From: a virus
Lineage: Duplodnaviria > Caudoviricetes
Direction: 5' to 3' (one strand)
IMG/VR virus record: IMGVR_UViG_3300031628_000029
Coordinates: 1-27,938 of that record
DNA: 27,938 nucleotides
Positions 1-9,659 of the stretch are shown here, piece by piece; the first letter of the stretch is position 1; each line of letters begins with the position of its first letter. The notes under the pieces were generated by a model, which saw only the letters and a list, made by a program, of their open reading frames with translations, was not told the origin of the DNA and did no database searches. Both the position numbers and the translations under genes were made by a program.

Positions 1-1
1 T

Positions 2-682
2 AAAGGCTCTGCTGTATATTCTGGCACAAGTTACACAGTTCCAACAGCCCCTCTCACAGCTATCACTAACACCAAGCTACTTCTAAACATGGCAGATGGT
101 CAGGCGATTGATAGTGCGGCACAGAATGTTTTGACGTTGGAAGATGGTGCAAACATAAGTACCACACAAAAGAAATTTGGAGATAGTAGTGTATACTTAG
201 ACGGCAATGACCTTGCGCGAACAGCAGTCAACCCTTCTTTTGCGTTTGGCATAGGAGATTTTACAATAGAAGGTTGGGTTTATTTAACGGCTATAAATCA
301 ATACGATAATATTTTTGATATGCGTCATTCAGGTAATACACACCATATAGATGTTTATTTTGACGGAAGCCCTTTGCGTTTAAGATATTTTGTCGGTGGG
401 GGCGAAAGGTTTGCCGCTAGTGCGGGAGTTTCACTAAATACTTGGACACACTTAGCATTAGTTCGTAGTAGTGGGACTACAAAACTTTACCAACAGGGCA
501 GCTCTGTAGGGTCATATAGTGACAGTACCGATCTTTATTCTGGACGGTTGCATCTTGGCGGTAGGTATTCAAATCAGAATCATGCTCAAGGGTACTTTGA
601 TGAAGTTAGGGTTAGCAGCATAGCTCGTTACACCAGCAACTTTACTCCAGATACAGAACCATTCTTAGACAAAGGACGATAG
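2..682 (+). CDS. Tail fibre / receptor-binding protein, C-terminal LamG (concanavalin A-like) domain; 5'-partial
   Basis: The frame is open from position 2 (KGSAVYSGTSYTVPTAPLTAITNTKLLLN then MADG), so the gene starts upstream of the window. LamG-type motifs: GDFTIEGWVY, NTWTHLALVRSSGTTKLY, GYFDEVRVS..ARYTSNFTP. The upstream YTVPTAPL..TKLLL resembles the end of a preceding LamG repeat. Confidence 0.8.
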   Translation, partial: KGSAVYSGTSYTVPTAPLTAITNTKLLLNMADGQAIDSAAQNVLTLEDGANISTTQKKFGDSSVYLDGNDLARTAVNPSFAFGIGDFTIEGWVYLTAINQYDNIFDMRHSGNTHHIDVYFDGSPLRLRYFVGGGERFAASAGVSLNTWTHLALVRSSGTTKLYQQGSSVGSYSDSTDLYSGRLHLGGRYSNQNHAQGYFDEVRVSSIARYTSNFTPDTEPFLDKGR

Positions 683-684
683 AC

Positions 685-1176
685 ATGAAAATAGCACGAT
701 TAGATGGCTCAACAGTAGGCGAGATAGCAGATCACAAGTCTCTGTTCCCTAACAATAGCTTCCCAAGGTCTGGACCTGACAGTGATTGGTTGGCGGCCAA
801 TAGCTGCGCTGAAGTAATTGTTTTCCAAGAGTATGACAGCGCTACACAAAAGAACGAGAGTGTAACACCTTACTTATCAGCTGGTAAAGTATATACCCGT
901 AGAGTTACTGACATGACAGACGAAGAAGAAGCGGCGGTAGTTACTGCAGCTAATTCTGAAGTGGCTGCTCGTAACAGAGCAAAAAGAGATACTCTTTTAG
1001 CAGACTCAGACTGGGTTGTTACTAAGGCTTTAGAAGCAAGCATTGCAACTCATGCTAGTTGGGTTACTTATCGTACGGCACTACGCAACATTACTGCTCA
1101 CGCTAACTGGCCTAACTTGGCAACAGCCGACATAGAAGGCAACGGGGGAGACTGGCCTACAAAGCCCGTACAATGA
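685..1176 (+). CDS. Tail fibre assembly chaperone
   Basis: C-terminal RAKRDTLLADSDW...WVTYRTALRNIT...WP signature of phage tail-fibre assembly chaperones; directly follows the fibre gene. Confidence 0.8.
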   Translation: MKIARLDGSTVGEIADHKSLFPNNSFPRSGPDSDWLAANSCAEVIVFQEYDSATQKNESVTPYLSAGKVYTRRVTDMTDEEEAAVVTAANSEVAARNRAKRDTLLADSDWVVTKALEASIATHASWVTYRTALRNITAHANWPNLATADIEGNGGDWPTKPVQ

Positions 1177-1385
1177 TCCACGTATTTGCTTTAATGTTAT
1201 ACATAGGAGCGGGTGAGGACAAAAAACTTATAAGTGATGATATGTACTTTCGCAAAGTTGAAAGCTGCAACTACTATGCAGAACAACTTATTAAGTCTTT
1301 TGGATCTCACCCTAACAATGACCCTAGAAGGGCTTACTGTATCCCCAAATCAGTAGATCCGGCTAAAGAACAAATCTACTACTAA
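1173..1385 (+). CDS. Small hypothetical protein
   Basis: 70 aa with ATGA overlap on the previous stop; hydrophobic N-terminus and two Cys (ESCNYY, AYCIP). Confidence 0.7.
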   Translation: MIHVFALMLYIGAGEDKKLISDDMYFRKVESCNYYAEQLIKSFGSHPNNDPRRAYCIPKSVDPAKEQIYY

Positions 1386-1413
1386 AAATAGAGATCGCTA
1401 ATGATAGGTCTCC
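1386..1413 (+). promoter_or_regulatory. Conserved intergenic motif copy 1 (AAATAGAGATCGCTAATGATAGGTCTCC), candidate phage promoter
   Basis: Identical over 28 bp to 20819-20846 and 19/21 identical to 10660-10680; intergenic, ending 27 nt before the phoH start. Confidence 0.65.
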
Positions 1414-1440
1414 CTAGAAATACCAAATAAAGGATTCTTT

Positions 1441-2145
1441 ATGTCAAGAAGATCAGAAAAGAAAAAGTCCCGTTATGCTGATAAGAATGAAGGTAATGTT
1501 CACGTATTACCTAGATTTCATGTTCTTCCTAAGAATGAGAAGCAAAACTACTTGATACAAGCTATTAAGAAAAGTCCAGTTGTAGTGACCATTGGTTGCG
1601 CTGGTACTGGGAAAACTTACTGTAGTGCTGGAACAGTAGCACAACTCTTTCTGAAAGGGGGCTATCGCAAAATAGTCCTTACACGCGCTAACGTACCCAC
1701 AGGTAAAAGTCTAGGACACTTCCCAGGAACTATCGCTGAGAAGATGACTCCTTGGTTACTTCCTATGTTGGAAGTTCTTAAGAAAGCCTTTGGTACGGGC
1801 AAGTATGAGTATTTAATGAGTAAAAATGACATTGAGATTCAGCCCATTGAGACTATACGGGGGCGTTCTTACGAGAATGCTCTTGTGTTAGTTGATGAGG
1901 CTCAAAATTTAAACATGGATGAACTAAAGGCCATAAGTACACGCATCGGCGAAAATTCTAAACTAATTCTTATGGGTGATCCTGCGCAGTCAGACGTTAA
2001 GGCTGGGGCAGATCTCATGAGGTTCTCTAGGCTTATACAGTCTAACGGTATTAACCTCCCTGTGATTGAGTTTGGTGTAGAAGACATCGTAAGAAGCGAC
2101 ATAGTTGCTGACTTAGTGAGGATGTTTATAGCAGAAAAAATCTAA
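1441..2145 (+). CDS. phoH: PhoH-family ATPase
   Basis: Walker A GCAGTGKT, KIVLTRA, LGHFPG, IRGRSY, LVDEAQN, RIGENSKLILMGDPAQSD and DIVRSDIV are all PhoH family motifs. Confidence 0.95.
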   Translation: MSRRSEKKKSRYADKNEGNVHVLPRFHVLPKNEKQNYLIQAIKKSPVVVTIGCAGTGKTYCSAGTVAQLFLKGGYRKIVLTRANVPTGKSLGHFPGTIAEKMTPWLLPMLEVLKKAFGTGKYEYLMSKNDIEIQPIETIRGRSYENALVLVDEAQNLNMDELKAISTRIGENSKLILMGDPAQSDVKAGADLMRFSRLIQSNGINLPVIEFGVEDIVRSDIVADLVRMFIAEKI

Positions 2146-2160
2146 TTAAGGAACTAATCA

Positions 2161-2823
2161 ATGAAAACTTATTACTATAACGGAGCACAAATCCTTGCTC
2201 CTTTCACAATTACATCAAACGAACCTATGTTCGATATGACTACTATCTCTTTAAAAACACAGAGAGCCTCTCAAGGTGCTCAACGTTGGGAGTTATCCTT
2301 TGACATTATTGCTGAAAATAGTAATCAGGCAGATCTATTTGTTAGTTCCTTTAAGGACATTGAAGGCGCAAATACCATGATTATGCCGCAGTTGACTAGC
2401 TCAACTAAACCTCGTTACAACTCTTCGGGCGAAGATACTCTTTATAAAACAGGAGAAGTTGGCGCAAATTTAAATGAAATAACTATGCCAATATCTGTCG
2501 CTGCTAGCACAGGGGTAACTCAAGTGTATATCGGTGCAGGTACGGCAGTGTTAACAGGGTTAATGCCTAAAGGTACTTTTATAAAATTTACTAATAGCGA
2601 TAAACTTTATGTTACAACTTCAGACGCAAACTTTGCAAACTCAGGTTCAGCTATTGATATTTATCCAAGATTAAAGAAGACTCTAAGTACCTCTGATAAT
2701 ATTGTATTAAAAGATCTTGTTCAATTCTCTTACTACAGAGATATTAGCAATCAACAAGGTATAACTTTTACAGACGGAATTTTATCAAATATTGGCCAGA
2801 TTAATTTAATTGAGGCGGTATAA
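2161..2823 (+). CDS. Probable distal tail (Dit-like) protein
   Basis: QRWELSF motif, GTFIKF..KLY and DIYPRL pattern resemble siphophage distal tail proteins; first gene of the tail-tip cluster. Confidence 0.6.
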   Translation: MKTYYYNGAQILAPFTITSNEPMFDMTTISLKTQRASQGAQRWELSFDIIAENSNQADLFVSSFKDIEGANTMIMPQLTSSTKPRYNSSGEDTLYKTGEVGANLNEITMPISVAASTGVTQVYIGAGTAVLTGLMPKGTFIKFTNSDKLYVTTSDANFANSGSAIDIYPRLKKTLSTSDNIVLKDLVQFSYYRDISNQQGITFTDGILSNIGQINLIEAV

Positions 2824-3428
2824 TGGCTAGGTCTTTTTCAACTAACTTTACAACTGCTCTAAACAGTGGGTCTGTTACATATTTTTTCTTAATTGAAATT
2901 GACTTAGAAAGAGTTTCTGCAAACAACACAAACAGAGTTACTTATTATTATACTAGCTTTAACAGGGATATTAGCTGGAATAGTCAAACTTGGGTTGGCG
3001 ATGGGGGAGTCTTCGAAATAGATTCTCCAAGATTCTCTTCTATAATTGATAGAGAAGCCTACATTATTACTCTAACTGATGCTGCCAACAGTCTCTCTGA
3101 CACTTTTAAACAAGGCGTAATTGGCAATAATATAAAGGTTCGTCTGGGTTTGTTGAACAGTAGTGAACAACCTATGCTTGGCGTTGATAGTAATAGCGTT
3201 AGTGATATTGTTTTTCTTTACTCAGGATTTATTGACTCCCCAACAATAGCAGTTAATTGGGATACTAAGATTGCTAAAATAGAAGGGACTTCTCCTATGG
3301 CTGACTTAGATCAGATAAACTTAACTATGATTTCTAAAGATGGAATGGATCAAAAGAATTCTACAGACACCTCTTTTGACAACATTTACGATGATAATGA
3401 AACTGCTATTTCATGGGGGAAAATTTAA
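2823..3428 (+). CDS. Tail tip / baseplate hub protein (gpL/DUF2163-like)
   Basis: YYYTSFNRDISWNSQTWVG, LYSGFIDS and C-terminal D..F......ISWG pattern; lies between Dit and the J-like gene. Confidence 0.65.
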   Translation: MARSFSTNFTTALNSGSVTYFFLIEIDLERVSANNTNRVTYYYTSFNRDISWNSQTWVGDGGVFEIDSPRFSSIIDREAYIITLTDAANSLSDTFKQGVIGNNIKVRLGLLNSSEQPMLGVDSNSVSDIVFLYSGFIDSPTIAVNWDTKIAKIEGTSPMADLDQINLTMISKDGMDQKNSTDTSFDNIYDDNETAISWGKI

Positions 3429-6199
3429 TGCCTTTTGGAATTGGTAATATTCTTAGCCTTGGCCTCACCCTTGCTTCGGCTGCATATCAACAAAAACTTG
3501 CGAGAGAAGCAGAGCGGCGGCGTCAAGCTGCCCTTGATAAGGCTCGTGGACAAAAGTTTAATGTAACTTCAGAAGCAGCCCCGTTACCTGTTATATACGG
3601 TAAGCAACTTGCTGCAGGAGTAAAAACAGGACACAAAGTTAAAAACGGCTATTCAGCTTCTAGTCCAGTAAATTATGACAATGCTTTTGAAAAGGACTTT
3701 AGTGACACTAGTGTTAGCGGTTCTAAAAAAGAATTTTTAGGAGTTCAAACAGCACTCTGTCACGGTGGAATTGAAGGTGTTCAACACGTTTTAGTAGATG
3801 GGCTTGACTATCGTGGTCTAACAAGTGAAATGAAAAACAGCAACTCTAAATATAATCATAGATTCCATATACATAACTCTGGAGGAGGAGATAGCGCCTC
3901 TAGTAGTATGGGGTTTCTTTCTACTAATACTTTTACCGACATAGCTTGGGTTTCTTCTTTTTTTAAACTTAACAGAGAAACCCCTCAGTATAGTGGTAGC
4001 CCTGAAGTTGAGTATATTTTAAAGGGTAAAAAAGTAAGGAAAATTAATAGCTCGAATTACACTTTAAATACTACTTATGAATATTCAAATAACCCTGCTT
4101 ATTGTTTGTTAGACTACCTTCTAAACACTAACTATGGCAGAGGTCTTCCAGCTGATAAGGTAGACTTAGTCTCTTTTTATAACTCTGCAGTTATTTGTGA
4201 TACAGTAAAACTCACTAATGCAACTCTCGGAGGGAGTGTTAACGGAACTAAACCTATTTTTAGTTATTCAAATAACGATGCCTTTCCAGGGGTTAATGAC
4301 TTTTCTCAGAGTGACTTTTCAACTACTGATTTGTCTAATTCAACTTATTTATATTTTGCAGAAAATACTTCTCAGCTTTATTCTTTAGCCGTAGCTAACA
4401 ATGGTACTCCTACTTACACTGAAATTAACACTCCTAACACGGACACTATTCGTCTTTATGAATGTAATATGACTCTGGACACTTCCGAAACTATTAGAGA
4501 TAACATTGAGAGAATTCTGTCTACTATGGGAATGACAAGTCTTGTATGGACACCTGATGGCAAATACAAGCTATCTTTAGAATACCCTGTAGATGAAGCC
4601 GCTGTATCAGCATTAGTTAACAGTAATCATTCTTTTGGAGACGACGATATTGTTCGAGAAGAAGTGACTATTGTATGGCCTACTGCTCAAGAAAGATTCA
4701 CTCAAGCTACCGTTCAATTTCCTAATGAATCCGAAAACTTTGATATGGATTCTATAACTTGGCCGCCAACATCATCAGTGGCTAACACTCCTTACGCTAC
4801 CTTTTTAGCTGAAGATAATAATAATCCTTTGACTAAGAGTTTTTCTCCAGACGGTATTACCAACAAATATCATGCACAGGCTTACGCTGAACAGCAAGTA
4901 AGAAAATCAAGAGGCATCTTTACAGTTGATATTACACTTACTAGAAAAGCAATGACAGTAGAGCCAGGAGACATTATTTATATTAAGTCTGATGCTGCAG
5001 GTTTAATTCAGAACAGAGGTCAAGCTAATGAAACAGGATATCATTTTAAAGTTGAATCAATTAGAATTAATGATGATTTTTCAGTAAAAGTTAAATGCTA
5101 TCATTTTCATTCAGGGTTTTTAGCTTGGAATGTACTAGACGATGTATCTTACTCAATAATTCCTGAAATTGATTTTTCGGTAGCTCCAGTAACATCACTT
5201 TCTTTTTCATCTTCTTCAAATCAACTTTATGGCAGCTCTGCAGGGAAGTTAACTTGGACAGCCTCGGATGATATCTCTGCAACGGATTACGTTGTTGAAG
5301 CAAAACTTTCTACGGAAAATGATAATCAGTACCAACAAGTAGGCACAACAGTGAATACAACGTTTGACATTCTTGGAATGAAAACGGGAACTTATATCTT
5401 TTCGGTAAGAGCGCGGTCTATAAATAATAGGCTTTCTAACAGGGTGACTTTGCAGCAGACCTTGCAGTTACTAACTAATGGGACTGTTGAAATAATCTAT
5501 GCAAACACCGCTAATGCGGCTACTAACACTCAATCTTATACTTTTTCTACTCAAGAGTTTGTAGCGTACTACTCTCACACGGGTGCTCAACCGACTCTAC
5601 CCCTCAGAGCGGGAGTAGCCTTCCATAAATTTGTAGGCTCAGACGGGACTTCAGGAAACAGTACTTTCCCTATTTATGCAGATAGTACTTCAGGAGGGAA
5701 TCAGTCTTTTAGCCCTATAGGAAAAACCCATGTGAATTTTTTCTCTTCGGTTTCTTCCCCTAGCCTTCCAGTAAATGGGTTAACCTTTGTACCACTAGGC
5801 ACTGCTGGGACAAGGGGTCCAGGGTGGTGGAGATATATTGATACAACAAACGCTTCTAGTTATTATACTTCAGGGGCAAGTCTTCAACAACAGACAAGAC
5901 TTAATGCAGCGTTTACAACAGCAACTTCTCTCACGGTAGTAGACTCAGATAGGTTTATAATCAAGTGTACAGATATTGCAATTGCTTATATTTACAATGG
6001 TTCTTCTTGGGTTACTCAAGCAGATTTTATTGATGGAGACTTAATGGTTGCTGGGACAGTTACTTCGGATAAACTCAATGTAACTAACCTCTCTGCCGTA
6101 ACTGCTAATATGGGAACTTTAACAGCAGGAAAGCTTGAAAGTGCTGACGGTAAGTTTAAAATAGATTTAACAAATAAAGAAATATTAATAGTGGTATAA
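3428..6199 (+). CDS. Central tail fibre / tip attachment protein (lambda J-like) with FN3 domain
   Basis: PLPVIYGK, YSNNPAYCLLDYL..YGRG, VEPGDII, an FN3-like segment (LTWTAS..DYVVE..GTYIFSVRA) and a J-like tail (DGDLMVAGTVTSDKLNVTNLSAVTANMGTLTAG). Start placed at 3428 (TAATG overlap) rather than 3413. Confidence 0.85.
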   Translation: MPFGIGNILSLGLTLASAAYQQKLAREAERRRQAALDKARGQKFNVTSEAAPLPVIYGKQLAAGVKTGHKVKNGYSASSPVNYDNAFEKDFSDTSVSGSKKEFLGVQTALCHGGIEGVQHVLVDGLDYRGLTSEMKNSNSKYNHRFHIHNSGGGDSASSSMGFLSTNTFTDIAWVSSFFKLNRETPQYSGSPEVEYILKGKKVRKINSSNYTLNTTYEYSNNPAYCLLDYLLNTNYGRGLPADKVDLVSFYNSAVICDTVKLTNATLGGSVNGTKPIFSYSNNDAFPGVNDFSQSDFSTTDLSNSTYLYFAENTSQLYSLAVANNGTPTYTEINTPNTDTIRLYECNMTLDTSETIRDNIERILSTMGMTSLVWTPDGKYKLSLEYPVDEAAVSALVNSNHSFGDDDIVREEVTIVWPTAQERFTQATVQFPNESENFDMDSITWPPTSSVANTPYATFLAEDNNNPLTKSFSPDGITNKYHAQAYAEQQVRKSRGIFTVDITLTRKAMTVEPGDIIYIKSDAAGLIQNRGQANETGYHFKVESIRINDDFSVKVKCYHFHSGFLAWNVLDDVSYSIIPEIDFSVAPVTSLSFSSSSNQLYGSSAGKLTWTASDDISATDYVVEAKLSTENDNQYQQVGTTVNTTFDILGMKTGTYIFSVRARSINNRLSNRVTLQQTLQLLTNGTVEIIYANTANAATNTQSYTFSTQEFVAYYSHTGAQPTLPLRAGVAFHKFVGSDGTSGNSTFPIYADSTSGGNQSFSPIGKTHVNFFSSVSSPSLPVNGLTFVPLGTAGTRGPGWWRYIDTTNASSYYTSGASLQQQTRLNAAFTTATSLTVVDSDRFIIKCTDIAIAYIYNGSSWVTQADFIDGDLMVAGTVTSDKLNVTNLSAVTANMGTLTAGKLESADGKFKIDLTNKEILIVV

Positions 6200-6203
6200 A
6201 CAA

Positions 6204-6854
6204 ATGAAAATAATGGTATCAGAATTATCTTTACTAATGACTGCCTCTGATTTTTGGAGGAACACTTCAAAAGACAATGTGTATTACTCTACTGTAACAA
6301 AGGGAAAGCTATCCTTTTCTGAGTCTTCTGAAAACTCTTATGCAAGTATAAAAACTTGCGAAGACCTTTCTTTAGTCGAAGATGAAGACGTAGATAACCC
6401 TGTTTTTTATGTGGAGTGGCCTAGTGGAAAACATGCTTTAATAGTCCCTGAATCTTGGAGGAGTATAGCTCCTTTAGAGGGAAGACCTTATAACCCTAGA
6501 TCTTGGGACTGTTATAAGCTTGCTCAAGATTACTACAAGGCTAACTACAACTTTTCGCCGCCGCCGATGACTGCTGAGTTACAAGAACTCAAAAATGGAT
6601 GGTCCGCAACAAGTTTTAATGGTAATGAAGAACTAGATAATAACTGGGAAATGACAGTTAATCCTCAAAAAGGAGATGCTATTTTCTTTGGGGTTGGAAA
6701 GTATTCTTTTGAAAATAAAAATCCAAATCACTGCGGAATATACCTCGGTGATAGTAAGTTTTTACACCATTACTCAGGGAGAATTAGTTGTATAGAAGAC
6801 CTAGAAGACTGGTCTCACTGGATACTCAACTACGTTAGGAGCAAACATGTCTAA
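6204..6854 (+). CDS. Tail tip assembly protein, NlpC/P60 domain (lambda gpK-like)
   Basis: PLEGRPY...DCYKLAQDYY (catalytic Cys), PQKGDAIFF, NHCGIYLGDSKFLHH. Confidence 0.8.
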   Translation: MKIMVSELSLLMTASDFWRNTSKDNVYYSTVTKGKLSFSESSENSYASIKTCEDLSLVEDEDVDNPVFYVEWPSGKHALIVPESWRSIAPLEGRPYNPRSWDCYKLAQDYYKANYNFSPPPMTAELQELKNGWSATSFNGNEELDNNWEMTVNPQKGDAIFFGVGKYSFENKNPNHCGIYLGDSKFLHHYSGRISCIEDLEDWSHWILNYVRSKHV

Positions 6855-8037
6855 AACTTTCTGGTCTGGCCCTGTAACAAAGGTAGTAGCGTCTGGCACT
6901 CTTGCCGCATCTAACACCCAGTTTGTAGGGCCGCTTCCTGTGTTCCCCGAAGATGCTTGGACAGTAGTATTAAACGGACAAACATTAGTAAGCTCTTCAG
7001 ACAACCCCGCTGCATATCATTATTTTATGTTGTTATATAATCCAACAGACATGTATATTATTTGGAACACTACTGTTAACGTAGGGGATGTTCTTTCTGC
7101 GTCTATTGAAAAAGTTAGTTGTGTTATTTATGAGGGAGACGAAAGTTATATTGATAATTATAAGCTTGCAGCAGATGATCCTGTAGGGACTTCAAATGCT
7201 CTTACTTTTTCACAAAAATTAAATTCTCTTTATTTTCACTCTGATTTAAATTACTTAGGTAGCACTCAAACAGCAACTACAAAGATTGTTTCTCACCCTG
7301 TTAGAACTGCAGCTTCCGCTTCTCAGAGCAAACACTCAGGGGCTTCTTATGCTATATTGAAGGGTACTCAAGAATATACTTTAATGAGTCATTCAGGCAC
7401 TCTTGACACCCCTTTTATTGTTCAAGAAAATAGCAATCAACTTATGCAGGGGCTTCCTATTCAAAGTTCAGGAGCAAGCGTTAGAGCAGTAGGGGCTTAC
7501 AATGACGGTAGCTCTATTAAAATCAGAGAAACTTATGTTACTCACTCAGACTCTCTTCCCGCAGTAAACAAAACCTACACTGTTTATATGTTTGACATTG
7601 TTAGCAATAGTAATGTTTCTGCGGATAACACCTTAAAAATAACTTCCACAAACTTTACAGCAGGTGCAGGGAGATTAGACACAGACAAAAAGTATATAAG
7701 GCGAGAAGACACTAACCCTGACTTTTACTTTAGTAAGGCAAAAACAGCAGATGTTCAAAGAGGAAAACTAAAGGTTGTTGCTCCAAGCGGGGAAGTAATC
7801 TATAACCCCACTATGCCAAGCCCTCAGTGGGGATATCGGCATAATAACGCTCAGGCAGGGGGAACTAACTATGTCTATCATTTTCCCGACACCAATCCTT
7901 ATAACACTACTCTGATATCTTCAGTATTTCCAACTAATCCTCTTTACGAAGGCTCTTTTGGAGGTTCAACTTCGGCGCAAGGTACTACTGTAGCAAACTG
8001 GGCAAGTAGCGGAAACAGTGTTGGGATAAAAATATGA
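6847..8037 (+). CDS. Putative virion tail-associated protein
   Basis: 396 aa, S/T/N/G-rich beta-type composition, translationally coupled within the tail cluster; no family recognised. Confidence 0.5.
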   Translation: MSKTFWSGPVTKVVASGTLAASNTQFVGPLPVFPEDAWTVVLNGQTLVSSSDNPAAYHYFMLLYNPTDMYIIWNTTVNVGDVLSASIEKVSCVIYEGDESYIDNYKLAADDPVGTSNALTFSQKLNSLYFHSDLNYLGSTQTATTKIVSHPVRTAASASQSKHSGASYAILKGTQEYTLMSHSGTLDTPFIVQENSNQLMQGLPIQSSGASVRAVGAYNDGSSIKIRETYVTHSDSLPAVNKTYTVYMFDIVSNSNVSADNTLKITSTNFTAGAGRLDTDKKYIRREDTNPDFYFSKAKTADVQRGKLKVVAPSGEVIYNPTMPSPQWGYRHNNAQAGGTNYVYHFPDTNPYNTTLISSVFPTNPLYEGSFGGSTSAQGTTVANWASSGNSVGIKI

Positions 8038-8867
8038 GTTTTGAGCTAAGCAACAATAACCTAGTTATAAAAAATTCTAGTAATGATGTAATTTTTAACA
8101 CTGACACCCCTATGCCACATATTATATCACACGGCACTGTAGGGTTAAGTGATGCTACTGCCTATGGGCATGAGTTTAATATTCCTAATAGTCATATTTA
8201 CTTTACAGGCATACCTTCTGGAACAACTACTTTGGTAAACTGCCCCTTTACAGATTTTAATGGGTATCATCCTAACAACTCTGTAAGTGTTGAGGGAACT
8301 TCTTGGTCTAGAGCTGCTCTCCCCCATGAGACTACCTCTGTCAAGTTTATTGCAGCGATTGATCAAGTAGGTGTAGACGCTGACTTTGTTCTTATAAACG
8401 GCGGTTTGAGAAGACTGAGTGATTACAACGGTCAACTTGTTCAGTACGGAATCGCTGATAGACCTTTTCAGTCTGACTATGGGGTTATAAATACTACTCT
8501 ACCCCCTCAAGTAGTTACAGTAGCAAATAATACAGTTAGCACTGCCTACTCAGGCGCGGTTAACCTGTCAGGAACTACTCTTCTCGAAACAGCTTTTACT
8601 GCTAACGGAGAACAGTGGTTTACAAGAACGCTTACTCTTCGATATCAAGCGGCTACAGCTAATCAGGGCGGTTCAATTTATGCGGACTGGACTCACTCTT
8701 CAAATGGTTGGGAGTCTGATCAACAAGAAGTTTCTTTTGGGACTTGTGAAAACAGAACCAATACTTCGAGTACTCCAGCAGCAGATGTTTTTGTTACTTC
8801 TTCTGAAAGTTTTTTTAGCAAGTGGGGCGCGTATTTTACAGTTTATTTTGGGAAATTTACAATATGA
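8034..8867 (+). CDS. Putative virion tail-associated protein
   Basis: 277 aa with ATGA coupling; N-terminal LVIKNSSNDVIFNTD resembles tail-tip accessory proteins. Confidence 0.5.
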   Translation: MSFELSNNNLVIKNSSNDVIFNTDTPMPHIISHGTVGLSDATAYGHEFNIPNSHIYFTGIPSGTTTLVNCPFTDFNGYHPNNSVSVEGTSWSRAALPHETTSVKFIAAIDQVGVDADFVLINGGLRRLSDYNGQLVQYGIADRPFQSDYGVINTTLPPQVVTVANNTVSTAYSGAVNLSGTTLLETAFTANGEQWFTRTLTLRYQAATANQGGSIYADWTHSSNGWESDQQEVSFGTCENRTNTSSTPAADVFVTSSESFFSKWGAYFTVYFGKFTI

Positions 8868-9079
8868 CACAAGAAATTAATTATGATTGCGAAATAACAT
8901 CTAAAATGTTTAAACCTATCGGTAACATAGTTTTAGTAAGGGCTTCGATATGGCAAGAATTGTCAACTTTTAAAAAACTTATAGACACAATAGAGCTTAC
9001 AATCGAAGGTGGCATGGCGATGGAAGATCATCAATTAAAAAATGAAATTTTAGACGTTTATAGAGCATCTTTAACTTAA
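8864..9079 (+). CDS. Small hypothetical protein
   Basis: 71 aa from the ATG at 8864, which overlaps the previous stop (ATGA) and is preferred over 8822. Confidence 0.6.
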   Translation: MTQEINYDCEITSKMFKPIGNIVLVRASIWQELSTFKKLIDTIELTIEGGMAMEDHQLKNEILDVYRASLT

Positions 9080-9094
9080 ACAAAAGGAAACCTT

Positions 9095-9301
9095 ATGGCA
9101 GTAACTATGGAAAGACTTCTTCAGTGGAAGATCTTGCCACGACTAATGATGTTGGCAATGACTTTTATGTACGTAACAGTGCTTTATTGGTTTATGGATC
9201 TTCCTCCTGAAGCCATGACCTCACAAGCAACCGCTTTAACTGCAACCGTAACGGGCGCTATGACAGGTGCTTTTGCTGTATGGTTAGGACATGAAACATG
9301 A
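9095..9301 (+). CDS. Small two-TM membrane protein (holin/antiholin candidate)
   Basis: Two hydrophobic segments (LPRLMMLAMTFMYVTVLYWF; ALTATVTGAMTGAFAVWL), AAGGA RBS, first gene of the lysis cluster. Confidence 0.6.
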   Translation: MAVTMERLLQWKILPRLMMLAMTFMYVTVLYWFMDLPPEAMTSQATALTATVTGAMTGAFAVWLGHET

Positions 9302-9651
9302 TAGGCGCACTAATAGGTAGCCTCACAGGTCTAGCTACAAGCATTATTGACGGAAAGACTCAGATTAAACTTACCGAAGCTGAAATAAAAAAGAAGCAGC
9401 TTACCGGAGAGCTTGATTGGGATCTTGAGGCTATGAGGGCTACAGAAAACAGCTGGAAAGACGAATGGATTACACTCTTGTTTAGTATTCCGCTTATCCT
9501 AGCTTTTTGTGGTGAATGGGGGAATGACATTGTAGCAGCAGGGTTTGCCTCACTAGAGATAATGCCTCAGTGGTATCAGATTGCCTTAGGTGGTATAGTG
9601 AGTGCATCTATTGGTATGCGTTCGGTAAGTAAGTTTTTTGGAAAAAAGTAG
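9298..9651 (+). CDS. Holin (3TM-holin-like)
   Basis: Amphipathic N-terminus, SWKDEW motif, two further TM segments, basic C-terminus (RSVSKFFGKK); immediately upstream of the endolysin. Confidence 0.7.
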   Translation: MIGALIGSLTGLATSIIDGKTQIKLTEAEIKKKQLTGELDWDLEAMRATENSWKDEWITLLFSIPLILAFCGEWGNDIVAAGFASLEIMPQWYQIALGGIVSASIGMRSVSKFFGKK

Positions 9652-9659
9652 GATAGAGA

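Noticed and set aside
2-682. Possible diversity-generating retroelement target in the tail fibre
   Set aside because: No template/variable repeat pair or reverse transcriptase is seen in the window.
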